A stretch of DNA of 64,000 bases from a virus: the IMG/VR virus record IMGVR_UViG_3300027586_000003, positions 32,001 through 96,000 of that record. One strand, 5' to 3'. A program made the position numbers and the translations under genes. Positions 1 through 12,400 of this stretch are shown here, piece by piece (the first letter of the stretch is position 1; every line of letters begins with the position of its first letter). The notes beneath the pieces were generated by a model. That model was not told the DNA's origin. It did not search any database and saw nothing but the letters and a program-made list of their open reading frames with translations.

Positions 1-2868
1 ACCACCATGCTCGCCCGGCGCAGCCCCCGGCGTGCTTGCGTCATCACCCGTAGGTTCACCACCCGTAGGTTCACCACCCGTAGGTGAGCCACCCGTAGGT
101 GAGCCACCCGTAGGTGAGCCACCCGTAGGTGAGCCACCCGTAGGTGAGCCACCCGTAGGTGAGCCGCCTGAGCCGCTTGGTTGTCCACCGCCACCGCCAC
201 CACCACTACCACCCGACCCTGCGAACGGGTATCCACCGCCGCCGCCTCCGCCACCCCCGCTAGTCGTGTATCCGCCTCCGCCCGGCCCGCCACTGCCACC
301 GCCACGATAACCTCCGCCACCACCTCCGCCCGGCCCTCCGGCCATCACCGGCCCGCCGCCGACACCAGTGACCGGGAAGACCCCGCCTGTCACCCCCACA
401 ATAATCACCGGAAGTGGGACTGGAATTCCACCAACCCCAGCAACCCCTTGGCCCACAACCGGCATTCCCGCTCTTGGTTGGCCCACAGGGACGCCGGAAG
501 CTGTCTGGGTTGCTGGAACTGTAGGGCCGACACCCGGAACGATTGGCTGGCCGCTTGGAGCCGCCGGAACCACAGGAACCGGCTGGCCCACGACAGGCGT
601 TACCCGTGGATACAACTGTGGGTTAGCCCCCGTATAAGGTGCGACCGGGGTTGTTGCGGGGGGCGCAAACTGACCCGTGGTGAAATCCACATCACCGCGC
701 TGGCGACCGACAGCATTGTTGGCGGCTGTTACGCCTCCTTCAAGCTCTGTCTGAGCAAGCCGTAACGCTGCTGGCGAACCGCTGGATTTAGCACCCGCTA
801 CGGCAGATTGTTTCTTTAACAACTCAATCTGTTGCTGGTTGGCGAAAATAGCCCTGTCCAAACTCTGCCGTTGGAAGTTGGTAGCGTTTCTCTTCTGAAG
901 AGAAAGCTCTGCGTTCTTAGCCTCAAGTGATTTCGCAGCTTCGTCCGGCGTGAAGCTGGCGTTCATTTGATCCATCTTCGACTGGTCGCCGATACGGTCA
1001 GCCTCCGCAGTCAAGCCGCGCACCCGTGGCATATTGGACATTTCTTTCGACTTGCGGGAATACTCGTTGCTGGCCTTGTCCAAAGCCTTCTTCAGTTCCC
1101 GCGTGCGCTTGCCGTTCTTATCCTCTTCCTCGATGCCGCTCGCCTTTGCCTTAGTCAAGCTCACCGCTCCATCATTCTCCAAATCCTGATTTTCCCCTCT
1201 GCTTAAACCGAACTCGGCATACACATCCGAAATTTTTGGCTCTTTAACATCCGCACCGCCACGCCCCTGAACAATTGCCGCAATCTTTGCCGCAGCATCC
1301 CGCCTCCGTTGCGCAAGAGACTTCTCAGCATGGAAATCGTCAGATTCTTTCTTGGCCTGCTGGTAGTTTTCTCCGGCCTCGAAAACCTCTGTGTCTTTTT
1401 TAGCAACCTTCAACTGATACTTTTCATTGTCAGCCTTGGCTCGCGCCCCCTGCCGCTGCTGCTCCGCCTGAACCTTGTTGATTTTGCCGCCTTTTTCATC
1501 GGCATCAATCTGAGCAAGCTTCAATTTAAGCTCGGCATCCACCAACTCCATCTGGGCTGAAATCTCTGCATTTAGCTCAGAAACGTATTCTTTGGTTGCT
1601 GCCGCCGCTTCCTCGGCTGCTACCTTGTTGTTTTTAAGTTGCTCCGTGCGGGCCTGCTCCGCCTCCTTGACCTTGGCTGCCGACGCTGCGTTGCGGTCGT
1701 TCTCAATCGTGATTTGTTCAAGTGACGGAATCAAATCTTGAATCCACTTCGGCAACGACTTCCAAGCATTGCCTAAATCGTCAACTTTTTTGTTTAACCA
1801 CTCCATCGCCGTAGCCGTCCCATAGAATATCTTGTCTAAGAGGAGGAAGCCCGCAACGAACTCGCCGACCTTTTCCTTTAGGTTGGAGAACTGAACGCCC
1901 ACCTTGTTAGTCATCCCAGAGAGCGTCTTGCCAGCCGCTTCCGCCAGCGGTGCGCCCTTGGTGTTAATCAGCGCAATGGCTTCCGCCAGTTCAGCGGCTT
2001 TGTTGCCAGACTGCGAAACGTCAATGCCCCACTTCTTGAGCATCCGACTGTTCCCCTCCATCACCCTCGAAAACATCATTGCGGCGCGTTCCGGCGATGT
2101 CCCCATAATCGCAGCGAGGTTTCTCACCGCCTCGCCGTAGCTCTCAATTGATTCGGTGGGAGCACCATGCTGCGTCAGCCGCGTCAAGACGCCCAACCAC
2201 CGCTCGCCGCCAATGCCAGAAGCGTTTGCAAGACTATCAGCAAGCCCCCTGTATCGCTGGCTCGTCTCCTCGGTGAGCGTGCCGTTGGCAGCCAGCGCGG
2301 AGTCCAGACGCACCACCGCTTGTTGCAACTGCTCGAATTCCGCAACCGCTTCTCGCCCAATGTCCACGCTCTTCTTGGCCGCATAACCCCACGCCAACCA
2401 AGAGCCTGCCCCGGCCTCCAGTGCCCCGTGCAGACCAGACAGCCCGCCGCCCGCATTCTTGTAGGCTGCCGTGAACTGACCGAGAGATTCCTTGGCCCGT
2501 GCAAGCGGCCCATCCACGTCTTGACCGAGTTGACGCCCGATGTCGCGGGCTTGATTGGTGTGGACGCTGGCCGCTGCTTGCTGGGATGCGCCGCCGCCCC
2601 TCGACAGCGTTGCCGCCATCTGCTTGTGCTGCTCTTGGGCGTAAATCAGCGCAGAAGCCTGCTCTGCGAGCTTGCGGTTGAGGGTGTCAACGGCTCCGGC
2701 AGCGTTGCGGTAGGCGTCACTTCCTTGGGCGAGGTTCTGTTGCTGGGCAGTGAGTTGCGCCCGCAGCTTCACCACCGCTTCATACTGCGCGATGGTTTCA
2801 ATCTTGAGAGCCTGAAGAGGCCCAAGATTTGCAGTGGTTAAGATGTCAACCGTGTATTGCTGCGACAT
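1..2868 (-). CDS. Tail tape measure protein (partial, >956 aa, runs off the window start)
   Basis: Not in the ORF track because no stop falls inside the window. Manual translation from ATG 2868: MSQQYTVDILTTANLGPLQALKIE..., Ala/Glu/Lys-rich helical body with a TMP-like core (RLDSALAANG...NLAAIMG...LKKWGIDV), then a Gly/Pro-rich distal part in the same frame. Confidence 0.8.
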   Translation of the reverse strand, partial: MSQQYTVDILTTANLGPLQALKIETIAQYEAVVKLRAQLTAQQQNLAQGSDAYRNAAGAVDTLNRKLAEQASALIYAQEQHKQMAATLSRGGGASQQAAASVHTNQARDIGRQLGQDVDGPLARAKESLGQFTAAYKNAGGGLSGLHGALEAGAGSWLAWGYAAKKSVDIGREAVAEFEQLQQAVVRLDSALAANGTLTEETSQRYRGLADSLANASGIGGERWLGVLTRLTQHGAPTESIESYGEAVRNLAAIMGTSPERAAMMFSRVMEGNSRMLKKWGIDVSQSGNKAAELAEAIALINTKGAPLAEAAGKTLSGMTNKVGVQFSNLKEKVGEFVAGFLLLDKIFYGTATAMEWLNKKVDDLGNAWKSLPKWIQDLIPSLEQITIENDRNAASAAKVKEAEQARTEQLKNNKVAAEEAAAATKEYVSELNAEISAQMELVDAELKLKLAQIDADEKGGKINKVQAEQQRQGARAKADNEKYQLKVAKKDTEVFEAGENYQQAKKESDDFHAEKSLAQRRRDAAAKIAAIVQGRGGADVKEPKISDVYAEFGLSRGENQDLENDGAVSLTKAKASGIEEEDKNGKRTRELKKALDKASNEYSRKSKEMSNMPRVRGLTAEADRIGDQSKMDQMNASFTPDEAAKSLEAKNAELSLQKRNATNFQRQSLDRAIFANQQQIELLKKQSAVAGAKSSGSPAALRLAQTELEGGVTAANNAVGRQRGDVDFTTGQFAPPATTPVAPYTGANPQLYPRVTPVVGQPVPVVPAAPSGQPIVPGVGPTVPATQTASGVPVGQPRAGMPVVGQGVAGVGGIPVPLPVIIVGVTGGVFPVTGVGGGPVMAGGPGGGGGGGYRGGGSGGPGGGGYTTSGGGGGGGGGYPFAGSGGSGGGGGGGQPSGSGGSPTGGSPTGGSPTGGSPTGGSPTGGSPTGGEPTGGEPTGDDASTPGAAPGEHGG
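46..165. repeat. 8 x 15-bp tandem repeat ACCCGTAGGT(GAG/TCA)CC, encoding (GGSPT/GGEPT)n in the tape measure frame
   Basis: Read directly from the sequence. Confidence 0.95.
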
Positions 2869-2876
2869 GGCTGCTT

Positions 2877-2902
2877 GTTACCACAACGGCCAGCGTTAGC
2901 AA
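2877..2902 (-). promoter_or_regulatory. Candidate late-type promoter TTGCTA-N14-GGTAAC upstream of the tape measure
   Basis: Same spacing as five other sites upstream of structural/cargo genes. Confidence 0.4.
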
Positions 2903-2905
2903 GAA

Positions 2906-2948
2906 AACGAACAAAAGCCCGGCTGCCGAATCAATCGGAAGCCGGGCT
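2906..2948 (-). terminator. Rho-independent terminator
   Basis: AGCCCGGCT...AGCCGGGCT inverted repeat followed by TTTTGTT on the minus strand, downstream of 2990..3394. Confidence 0.75.
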
Positions 2949-2989
2949 GCTCGCACCAATGGGCGTTTTCAGCCCGCAGAGGAACCTGT

Positions 2990-3394
2990 TCAGTCCACCG
3001 ACTCGGACAGGCTCGCAGCGTTGAAGCGAGGGCCGGGGTCGCCGCTGCTGATGGTTTTTGCGACTGTCAATGAGCCGTATTCGAGGCAGTTAGTAGCCCC
3101 CGTCGCAGCATCCCACTTTGAGTAGTGGGTAATGATTCCCCAGTTCGCTGTGGCGTCCGGGAACTGAACCGCGAGCTTGTTGGTAGCCGCGCCAGAAGCC
3201 GCCGTATTGAAGCCTACCGTGCTGTTCGCCAGCGAAGCCCGTGCGTAAGCTCCGCCCGTCACTTCGACTTGCGTTCCATTTTCACCGGGGTCGCCCGTAT
3301 GAAGGCCAAAATAAACGATGGCGGGGGGCGTGTAGGTAGCGACGCCGTTGATGTGGTCACGGATTTTGTTTTCGAGGTAGTTTGATGCGCTCAT
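2990..3394 (-). CDS. Phage tail/fibre-associated structural protein
   Basis: Widespread phage family pattern YLENK..DH...VYFGLHTGDPGE...GGAYAR...FPDATANWG.ITH. Confidence 0.7.
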   Translation of the reverse strand: MSASNYLENKIRDHINGVATYTPPAIVYFGLHTGDPGENGTQVEVTGGAYARASLANSTVGFNTAASGAATNKLAVQFPDATANWGIITHYSKWDAATGATNCLEYGSLTVAKTISSGDPGPRFNAASLSESVD

Positions 3395-3424
3395 ATTTTT
3401 GTTTTTTTAACTGTTTCAAAATGG

Positions 3425-6400
3425 TTAGCCAGATGTGTGAATTTGTCCAGTGTAATTTATTGCCTGATTAAAATTGTGTTCAACATTAACCCCAAGGGCG
3501 GATGTGCAAGCCGCAATTTTCATGCCGTCCGCCGACATGGCGATGGAACGCCAATTCCGGTTACTGTCCCGCGCCTTCCATGTCGCGCCGTAGTCGGTAG
3601 AAGTGTAAATTAGGCCGTTAGAAGACTCTTGTATTCCGAAGCTGTTTGTTATGTTCCCGACCACCGCCGCCAACCGCTTTCCATCCGCAGACATGGTGAT
3701 TGACTTCCAATTCCGGCGGGCGTCGGTCATACGCGCAACCCACGTAACACCGTAGTTGTTCGAGGTGTAAATGTAGCCGTCCAAAACGCCGCTACCGACC
3801 ACCGTCGTTATTGCCAAATATTTTCCGTCCGACGACATGACGATTGAACTTGCACCGGAAACCCCATTAATTAACCCACTTGGAGTCCAAGTCTCACCAG
3901 CGTTGTTAGAAGTCCAAACGGCAGAATGCATCAAAAGCATCGAATTAGTAAAAGCCGCAAGATATTGCCCGCTCGAAGACGAGGCGACGGCTTTCCAATT
4001 CATTAGGAGATATGCAGTAGAAGCATTACCCCCGCTATATATACGCGGATAAAAATTAGCACCGTAGTCTTTCGAGATGTAAATTAAGCCGGGATGATGC
4101 ACTGCCACCACAAGCCTCCCGTCCGCCGACGAGGCGATGCCAGTCCAATTACGGTTTCGTAATTCAATTATGCCTGTCCTTGCTTCATCCACTCGCTGAA
4201 TCCATGCTTGGTTCCAAGTCGCGCCAGAGTCAGACGAATACCAAATATTGCCGCCGAAGCCCGCCGGTTCGCCGACGCCGCCGTAGTGCGCCGCCACCAG
4301 CCTAGTGCCTCCCCACGACGTTGCGATGCAAGACCAATTCCGAGGCGCGTCGGCCATGCGCTGCACTAAACTAGAGCCTTTCAAAGTCCAAATATATCCA
4401 TTCCAAGAAGTCGCCGCAAATTGTGACCCGTCCGCAGAAGAGGTGATTGAACTCCAAATTTGAGACTGGAAGAAAGGCCCAGCCCATTCAACGCAAACCC
4501 CGACGCTAAGAACGGGAATTGCTACAAACGAAATACTCGACACCGAATTGAGAAGAAATTGCGAATTGAGTTTGCTTGCAGTTGCTCTAAGCTCAATGCG
4601 CGAATTCGCCGAAAGTTCCCAGCGGGTTGGGGCCGGGCCACCAGAGGTGTAAATCCGATCTCCGTAAGCCACCGCCGCCAGACTTTTCCAATTGGGTGTC
4701 GAAGCGATGCTAACCCAAAACCGAAGGGCGTCGGTCATACGCGCAACCCACGTCGCGCCGTAGTTTGTTGATGTGTAAATGTAGCCGTAATCAACCCCCG
4801 CCGCAAGCCTCGCCCCGTCCGGCGACATGGCAATGCTAGACCATCGCCGGACAGTCTCACGAGGAAGCCACGTCACGCCATAGTTGGTTGATGTGTAAAT
4901 CCGGTCGTTGTAAGCTACCGCAGCCAGATTTTTCCCGCCTTCCGACATGACAATGCTACGCCAATCTTTGTTGGCTGTAGGCATACTATCTATCCACGTC
5001 TCACCGTAGTTGTTTGATATGTAAATCGTTCCGTTGTGACTCCCCGCCGCCAAAACTTGTCCGTCAGACGAAGATGCGACGCATTGCAAATACCCTTGGG
5101 GTGTAGCACTGGCTGTATGCTCGACCCATGTCGCACCGTAGTTAGTCGAAGTCCAAATATGTCCATTTCCAACCGCTACCAGCCTGTCTCCTTTATCAGA
5201 CGATAAAATGGACTTCCAATTCCGGGCGATGCCGTCCACACGTCGAGTCCATGTAAAGCCAAAGTCAGTCGAGGTGTGAATGTAGCCATACATATTCGCC
5301 ATTACCAGATATTGCCCGGTTGACGAAGATGCGATGATTAAAGAGGCTCCTTCAGAATATTGAAAACTTTGAACACGCGCCGTCCACGCAATTCCCGCTT
5401 CGTTTGATGTGTAAACTTGACCGGAGATTGACGCAGTTGCCGCCAGACTTCTTCCGTCCTCTGACAAGGCTATACCTGTCCACAACCGTTCCTCGGTTGT
5501 CTGGTTTTTATAAACATTACGCTCAATCCAATCAAGTCCAGTTCCGGCACTTAATTTGGCGAATGATGAGAGATTAAAATCTACTCCAAGCGCAACAATA
5601 GAAGCTGGCGAAATATTGCTGCCAGCGGAAAGATTAAAATTTGCTCTAAGCTCAATGCGCGAATTCGTCGAAATATACGGACGGGTTGGGGCCGGGCCAC
5701 CAGAGGTGTAAATCTGTCCGTTCTCAACCACCGCTGCTAGATTCGTCCCGTCCGCCGACATGGCAATGCTAGACCATCGCCGGACAGTCTCACGCGCCAC
5801 CCATGTCACCCCGTAGTCGTTAGAAATGTAAATCTGGCTGTTCACACTCACCGCAGCCAGCCTTCTGCCGTCTGCTGACGAGTAGATAGAACGCCAATCC
5901 CGGTTGCTCTCCCGCGCCGTCCAATACTGGCCCGAGTCGGTCGATGTGTAAATCTGGCCGAGTTGAACCACCACCGCCAGCTTTCTTCCGTCTGCCGACG
6001 AGGCGACGGAAATCCAATTATAGCGGAGAGTCGTCCTCTGAAACCACGTCACACCCGAATCGGTCGAAGTCCAAATCGCGCCGTCGTAAACCACCGCCAC
6101 CAGCTTCGTCCCGTCCGCCGACGAGGCGATGCTCCTCCAGTTCCGGGTGTAAGCCCGCGCCGTCCAATACTCGCCCGAGTCGGTCGAGGTGTAAATATAG
6201 CTGTCGCTACCCACCGCAGCTAACATCTTCCCATCCTCCGACGATGTGATGGATTTCCAATTTCCGCCTATCTGACGCTCCACCCATGTCGCGCCGTAGT
6301 TGATCGAGGTGTAAATAAATCCAGCGTAATTTACTGCCGCTAAATTTTTGCCGTCTGCTGAAGAAGCGATAGAATTCCAATTTCGGATGCCGCTCGCCCG

Positions 6401-9400
6401 CGCTGCCCACGTCTCCCCGTAGTCGCTCGATGTGTAAATAAACGTATTTGGGCCAGCCGTCGCTAGGTATTTTCCGGTTTCATCAGATGCGACATAACTT
6501 GTAGAAGCGTTAATCCGAGGCGTCCATACTACACCACCTCCATGCGAAAGGTCTGCTTGTAATACACACTCAATGCTGCTCGACGTTGACACAAGCCTAG
6601 TCCGAGGAGTTAGGATTGCAGTTTCTTGAAAAACAATGCTCGCCGCTGTAGCAAGCTTTGCGCGGGCGGTTAGATTGGCGGTTGCTCTAAGCTCAACGAG
6701 CGATGAAGAGAGGGCTGTATTTAGCCCAGATCGAAAGGTTAGGTTTGAGGTTGCTCTAAGCGAAAACATCGAAGCTGTCGCAAAAATATCTCGGGTGGTG
6801 AGTCTGGCATGACTATACTGATAAAATTGATCTATTCTTGATTCTGCCTGAAGCTGATTTTTCCACGAGTTTGCTGTGTAAATCTGGCCGTCGTAAACCA
6901 CAGCAACCACAGCTAAACCATCCGCCGAAGAGGCGACGGCTTCCCAGTTTCGATTTCCGCTTGGCTTCGCCGCCCACGTCTCAGCGTAGTCGTTAGAAAT
7001 GTAAATCTCGCCATTTCTAGCTAACGCTACCAACCTTTGTCCATCACTAGACGACGCAATGGCAGACCAATCTCCCGACATCATACTTCTCCAGTCAATT
7101 CCGTAGTTTATCGAGATGAAAATTCCGCCTGATCCATATTCGTTAGAAGCCACCGCCGCCAAAACTTGTCCGGTTGAGGAAGACGCAATAGAACGAAATT
7201 TTGCACCATATGTTCGCCTCACCCATGTCAATCCGTAGTCCGTCGAAGTAAGAATCCCTCCCTGCCCAATACTAGAACTGGTTGCAGCTAAATTTTTACC
7301 GTCTGACGACGAGGCGATGGAAGTGTAATCCAAATAGGACGTGTAAATCTGAGAGGAGAACTGCCTTTGGATGCTTAAATCATAACTCAGAGCGATGTTG
7401 TAAATTTTTTCTGTCAATTGCCGAACCCACGTAACACCGTAGTTGTTTGAAGTCCAAATGCTTCCAGATGTAAGCCATACCGGGTGATAATATCCAATCG
7501 TAACTGCTGCCAGATATTGTCCGCTCGACGACGAAACAACGGTCTTAATATACTGTTGCCTAACGATCTCTGTCCCAGAATTGTAACTGTATTCACTAGC
7601 TTGAAGGAAACCTAATTGAACCCAGTTCAATCCCCCGTTAATGGAAGTGTAAATCGCGCCCATAGTCCCTGCCACCAACCTCTGCCCGTCCGACGAAGAG
7701 GCGACAGAAGTCCAATTCTCACCATTCCCATAACTTAGCTGCCACGTATCACCGTAGTTTTTCGATGTGTAAACCCCACCGCTTGCGCCTCCATTAACCG
7801 TTGCCGCCAGCTTTCTTCCGTCTGCCGACGAAGCAACGGAACTCCAATTCCGGTTCCTGTCTTCCGCACGAATCGCCCATTCCATGCCAACTCCGCTGAT
7901 AAAACTGCCAGTTGCTCCAAATGAAATGCTCGACTGCGTAAAAAGACTCGCTCTTCTGTATACCGGATAGCCGGATGTGTAAATAGCTCCCGCGATATGG
8001 CTTGTAGCAGCTAGAACATTTCCCTCTGTCGAATAGGCGACAGAAGTCCAACGGCTATTGCTTTCTCGAACCGTCCATGTTAGCCCGTAGTCGTTTGAAG
8101 TAAGAATGCTTTTCTGTCCAACATTGCTAAAAGGACTCCCAGAAACAGCAGCCATTTTCTTTCCATCGCCCGACGATGTGACGCCTGAAAAAGCGTGATT
8201 AACATCGTAGAATCTTGTTTCCCAGCTTAAACCATAATCGTTTGATACAAAAATGTGACCGTCACGAGTTGCTGCCACCAAACTTGCTCCGTCAAAAGAT
8301 GATGCTATTGAGCTATAATGCAGATAAGCAAATAGGGAAATCTTCCACGTTTTGCCGTAGTCATTCGAGGTGTAGATATATTCGGCTACTGCCGCCAAGA
8401 ACTGCCCGCCACCAGACGAGGCTATGGATGCCCAATAGTTGCTTTCGCCCACCTCTTTCCAATAAAGTCCTGAATTTTCCGAGATGTAAATTTTTCCGGG
8501 AGATTGAGCCGCAGCCATGTGAAGCCCATTGTGAGAAACTGCCACTTGACTCCAGTTTCCCGTTAGCAATATCTCATATCTGTTATCTACAATTACTTTA
8601 CCTATTGGAGACCACTCTTGATTTCCTCCTCTGTAAAGTTGGTTTCCCGCTGCTGCCAAAGACAGGTTTCCTTCATACGTAATAGCGATGTCAGTCCAAT
8701 TCAGAGCAGCGAGTTGGAATTTTGAGCTTACTTGCATTGTCCAAGTCACGCCGTAGTCGTTTGATTGATAAATACTGTCACCGTATGCCACAGCGGTCAT
8801 TGTTCTTCCATCCCCCGAACAAGCGATAGAAGTCCAATTCTTGTTTCCGCTCTGCTGCCCAGTCCATTCAACGCCAACCCCGGTGCCAAGAACTGCAATT
8901 TCACCAAACGAAAAGCTCGACACCGAATTGAGAAACAATTGAGATGCGAGAGGGGCAATTGCTCTAATCGAAACGCCCGACACCGACTCAAAATCTGAAA
9001 CCATACGGCCCCCATCGCCTGTTGTGTAAATCTTTCCAGCGTTGACTGTCCCAGACAACTTGACGCCATCCGACGACATGGCAATGCTAGTCCAATTCCG
9101 GTCGCTTTCTTCCGCCGCCCATGTCACTCCAAAGTCGCCAGAGGCGTAAATTCGACCGCCGTAAACCGTCGCTAACAGCTTTCCTCCGCTTGGCGATGAG
9201 GCGATGGAACGCCAATTGCGGTTGTTCTCACGCGGAAACCATGTCGCACCGTAGTTGCTTGATGTGTAAATTTGGCCGCCCTCAACCACTGCCGCTAGAT
9301 ATTGTCCGGTTGACGATGAGGCGATGGAACGCCAATTGCGGTTGTTCTCACGCTGAAGCCATGTCGCACCGTAGGTGCTTGATGTGTAAATTTGGCCGTT

Positions 9401-12400
9401 CCGGTCTGTCGCCGCTAGATATTGTCCGGTTGACGATGAGGCGATGGAAGACCAGTAAAAAGCTGCGTTCCCAGTCTGTGGGTGCCAGAAGACGCTTTGT
9501 TTCCATGTTACACCCGAATCGGTAGAGGTGAAAACCCCGCCATACCAAACCACTGCTGCCAGTTTTTCTCCGTCATCAGATGAAGCTATGCCAGACCAGT
9601 TCTCATTTGAATTTGAACCGTGAAAAGGCAAAACCCGCTCTGTCCACGTCGCGCCGTAGTTGATAGAGGTTATGATTTTACCGGGAAAAATAACAAGCAA
9701 TCCATACTTCAATCCGCTATCCACAGCCGCCAACTTTTGTCCACTCACAGACGATGCTACTAACCAATATCCATTGGAGCCGGTCATTCGAGGTGTCCAG
9801 CCTCTTCCAAAATCGTTTGAAGTGTAAATATAGCCTTCATAAACCCCTGCCACTTTATACTGTCCGGTTGACGAAGATGCGATGGAAAGCCAACTGCGGC
9901 TACTGTCACGCTCCGACCATAATAAAATAAGTTCGACAGTTGATCCGAGCAAAATTATAGACGCTGACTTAAAATTAGAGGCGGCGTAGAGATTAAAATT
10001 TACTCCAAGCGCAATAATAGAAGCTGACGAAATATTGCTGCCAGAGGAAAGATTGAAGTTTGCTCTAAGCTCAATGCGCGAATTCGTCTCTAGTTGACTA
10101 GGAGTGATTGGGTTTCCAGAAGTGAACACGTTGCCGTCACTTAACGCCACAAGCAGACCGTTTGCCTCCGCCGAAGAGGCTATATTTCTCCAAGCTTTGA
10201 TGTCTCCAAACCCTCTCCAAGTCAAACCTTCGTCGTTAGAAATGTAAATCTGCCCGCCGTCAATCGTTGCCGCCAGTCTTTTCCAATCTTTCGACGAGGC
10301 GATGTTGCTCCAATTCCGGTTGGCGTCGGTCATTCGCGCTGTCCACGTCGCGCCGTAATCTGCGGACGTGTAAATGTAGGCGTCGCCCCAAGCTGTGTGA
10401 ACCACCGCCGCAAGTTTCGACCCATCCCATGACGAGGTGATAGACTTCCATAACCGGTTGCTATCCCGCGCCGTCCACGTCACGCCGTAGTCGGTAGAAG
10501 TGTAAATCTGACCGCCCCGTGCCGTCGCTGCAATATTTTGTCCATTCCACGACGAGGTGATGGAATTCCACTGTCGGGCAATTTCACGCGCCGTCCACGT
10601 CACGCCAGAGTCGTTCGACGTGTAAATCCTTTCTAAGTAACCCGCCGCTACTAGATTAGTCCCGTCCCACGAAGATGCGAATGGCTCCCAATTCCGGTTG
10701 CTGTCCCGCGCCGTCCACGTCGCGCCCGCGTTGGTCGAGGTGTAAATCTGGCCGCCCCAAGCCCCTGCCACCAGCTTCTTCCCGTCCGCCGACGAGGCGA
10801 TGCCCCGCCAGTATTGGTTTGGTAAATATTGATTCCAGCCCTCGCCTGAGTTGGCAGAAGCCCAAATCGTCCCGCCCCAAGTCCCTGCCGCCAAATTTTT
10901 ACCAGTATGTGAAGATGCAATGCAGGTTAATCCTGTTCCACCATAAGAACGAGCCGACCACACCTTTCCGGCTCCATCCAAAAGACTTACTTGTGTTGGC
11001 AAAAACCAAATAAATGACAACCCAGTTAATTTCGCCCCCGCAACCAAAACGCCACCGTTTCCGATGGAAGCTCTTGACGCTACCCCCATTCCAACCCCCG
11101 CATTAAGGCTCCCGATTTCGGAAACAAGAATTTCGGATGAAAACGACAGCCCTTTCGGCGTTATAGTTTCTCCACTGTTCCCAATGGTGATTCCAGACAC
11201 CGCCGAGAAAAGTTGCGGCACCCCAATTACACCGCTGTTTCCGAAGGTGATTCCAGACACCGACGAGAAAAGTTTCGGCACTCCAATTACGCCACTGTTT
11301 CCGATGATAATTCCAGATGCCGATGAAATGATTTGCGGCAATCTAATTACACCAATGTTTCCGATGATAATTCCAGATGCCGAAGAAAGCTGCGATGGAA
11401 CGAGCGGGTCGCTTCCAGTTGTGTAAATCTTTTCTCCGTAAACCGTTGCCGCCAACTTGACGCCATCCGACGACATGGCAATGCTAGTCCAACTCCTGTC
11501 GCTTTCATCCGCTACCCATGTCTCGCCAGCGTTAGTCGAAGTCCAAATCTGTCCGTTCAGAACCACCGCCGCTAGATATTGTCCGGTTGACGATGAGGCG
11601 ATGGAACGCCAATTGCGGTTGTTCTCACGCGGAAACCATGTCGCACCGTAGTTGCTTGATGTGTAAATTTGGCTGCCCTCAACCACTGCCGCTAGATATT
11701 GTCCGGTTGACGATGAGGCGATGGAACGCCAATTGCGGTTAGGCTCACGCGGAAACCACGTATCGCCGTAGTTGGTCGAAGTCCAAATCTGTCCGTTCTC
11801 AACCACCGCCGCTAGATATTGTCCGGTTGACGATGATGCAACAGCAATCCAATTACGGCTACTCTCTTTCGCTGCCCACGATTGGCCGAAATTTATGGAT
11901 GTATAAATCTGCCCTCCGCGAGCCGTCGCTACTAGATATTGAAGGTTTGAGGACGAGGCGACGGAAGACCAAGCCCTGCTCACGTCGGTCTGCACGTTTA
12001 TCCAGCTAATTCCGTAGTCATGTGATATGTAAATAAAACCGTTATCAACCGTTGCTACCAGAGATTGTCCAGTTGAAGATGAAGCAATGCCGCTCCAATT
12101 CCGGTAGCTGCTTGCCTGAGCCGTCCAGCCTGAGCCGTAGTTGGTCGAGGTGTAAATCCGAGCGTTTTTATCCACCGCAGCAAGTCGTGCCCCGTCCGCC
12201 GAAGAAGCGATACTCCACCAACTGTGGGGCCAATCAGGTCTATCCAGAGGTGTTAAGCGGGCTTTCCATGACTTAAAAAGTCCGCTATTGTTATTGGTGG
12301 CGACTGCCAGCACGTTTCTTCCAGATGCCCCTTCAAATACTTGCCCAACATTCAGCACACCACCGTTTCCAATGGCGGTTTCAGACGCTACCTCCATTCC

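Noticed and set aside
46-165. Tandem repeat as a possible CRISPR array or iteron
   Set aside because: There are no spacers; the 15-bp period is in frame within a CDS.
32-765. Pro-rich plus-strand ORFs (PPVGE repeats)
   Set aside because: They are the antisense shadow of the Gly-rich tape measure frame on the minus strand.
9194-11740. Near-identical repeats as a DGR template/variable pair
   Set aside because: Both copies are coding blades within one gene, no adenine-specific mutation pattern was seen, and there is no reverse transcriptase in the window.
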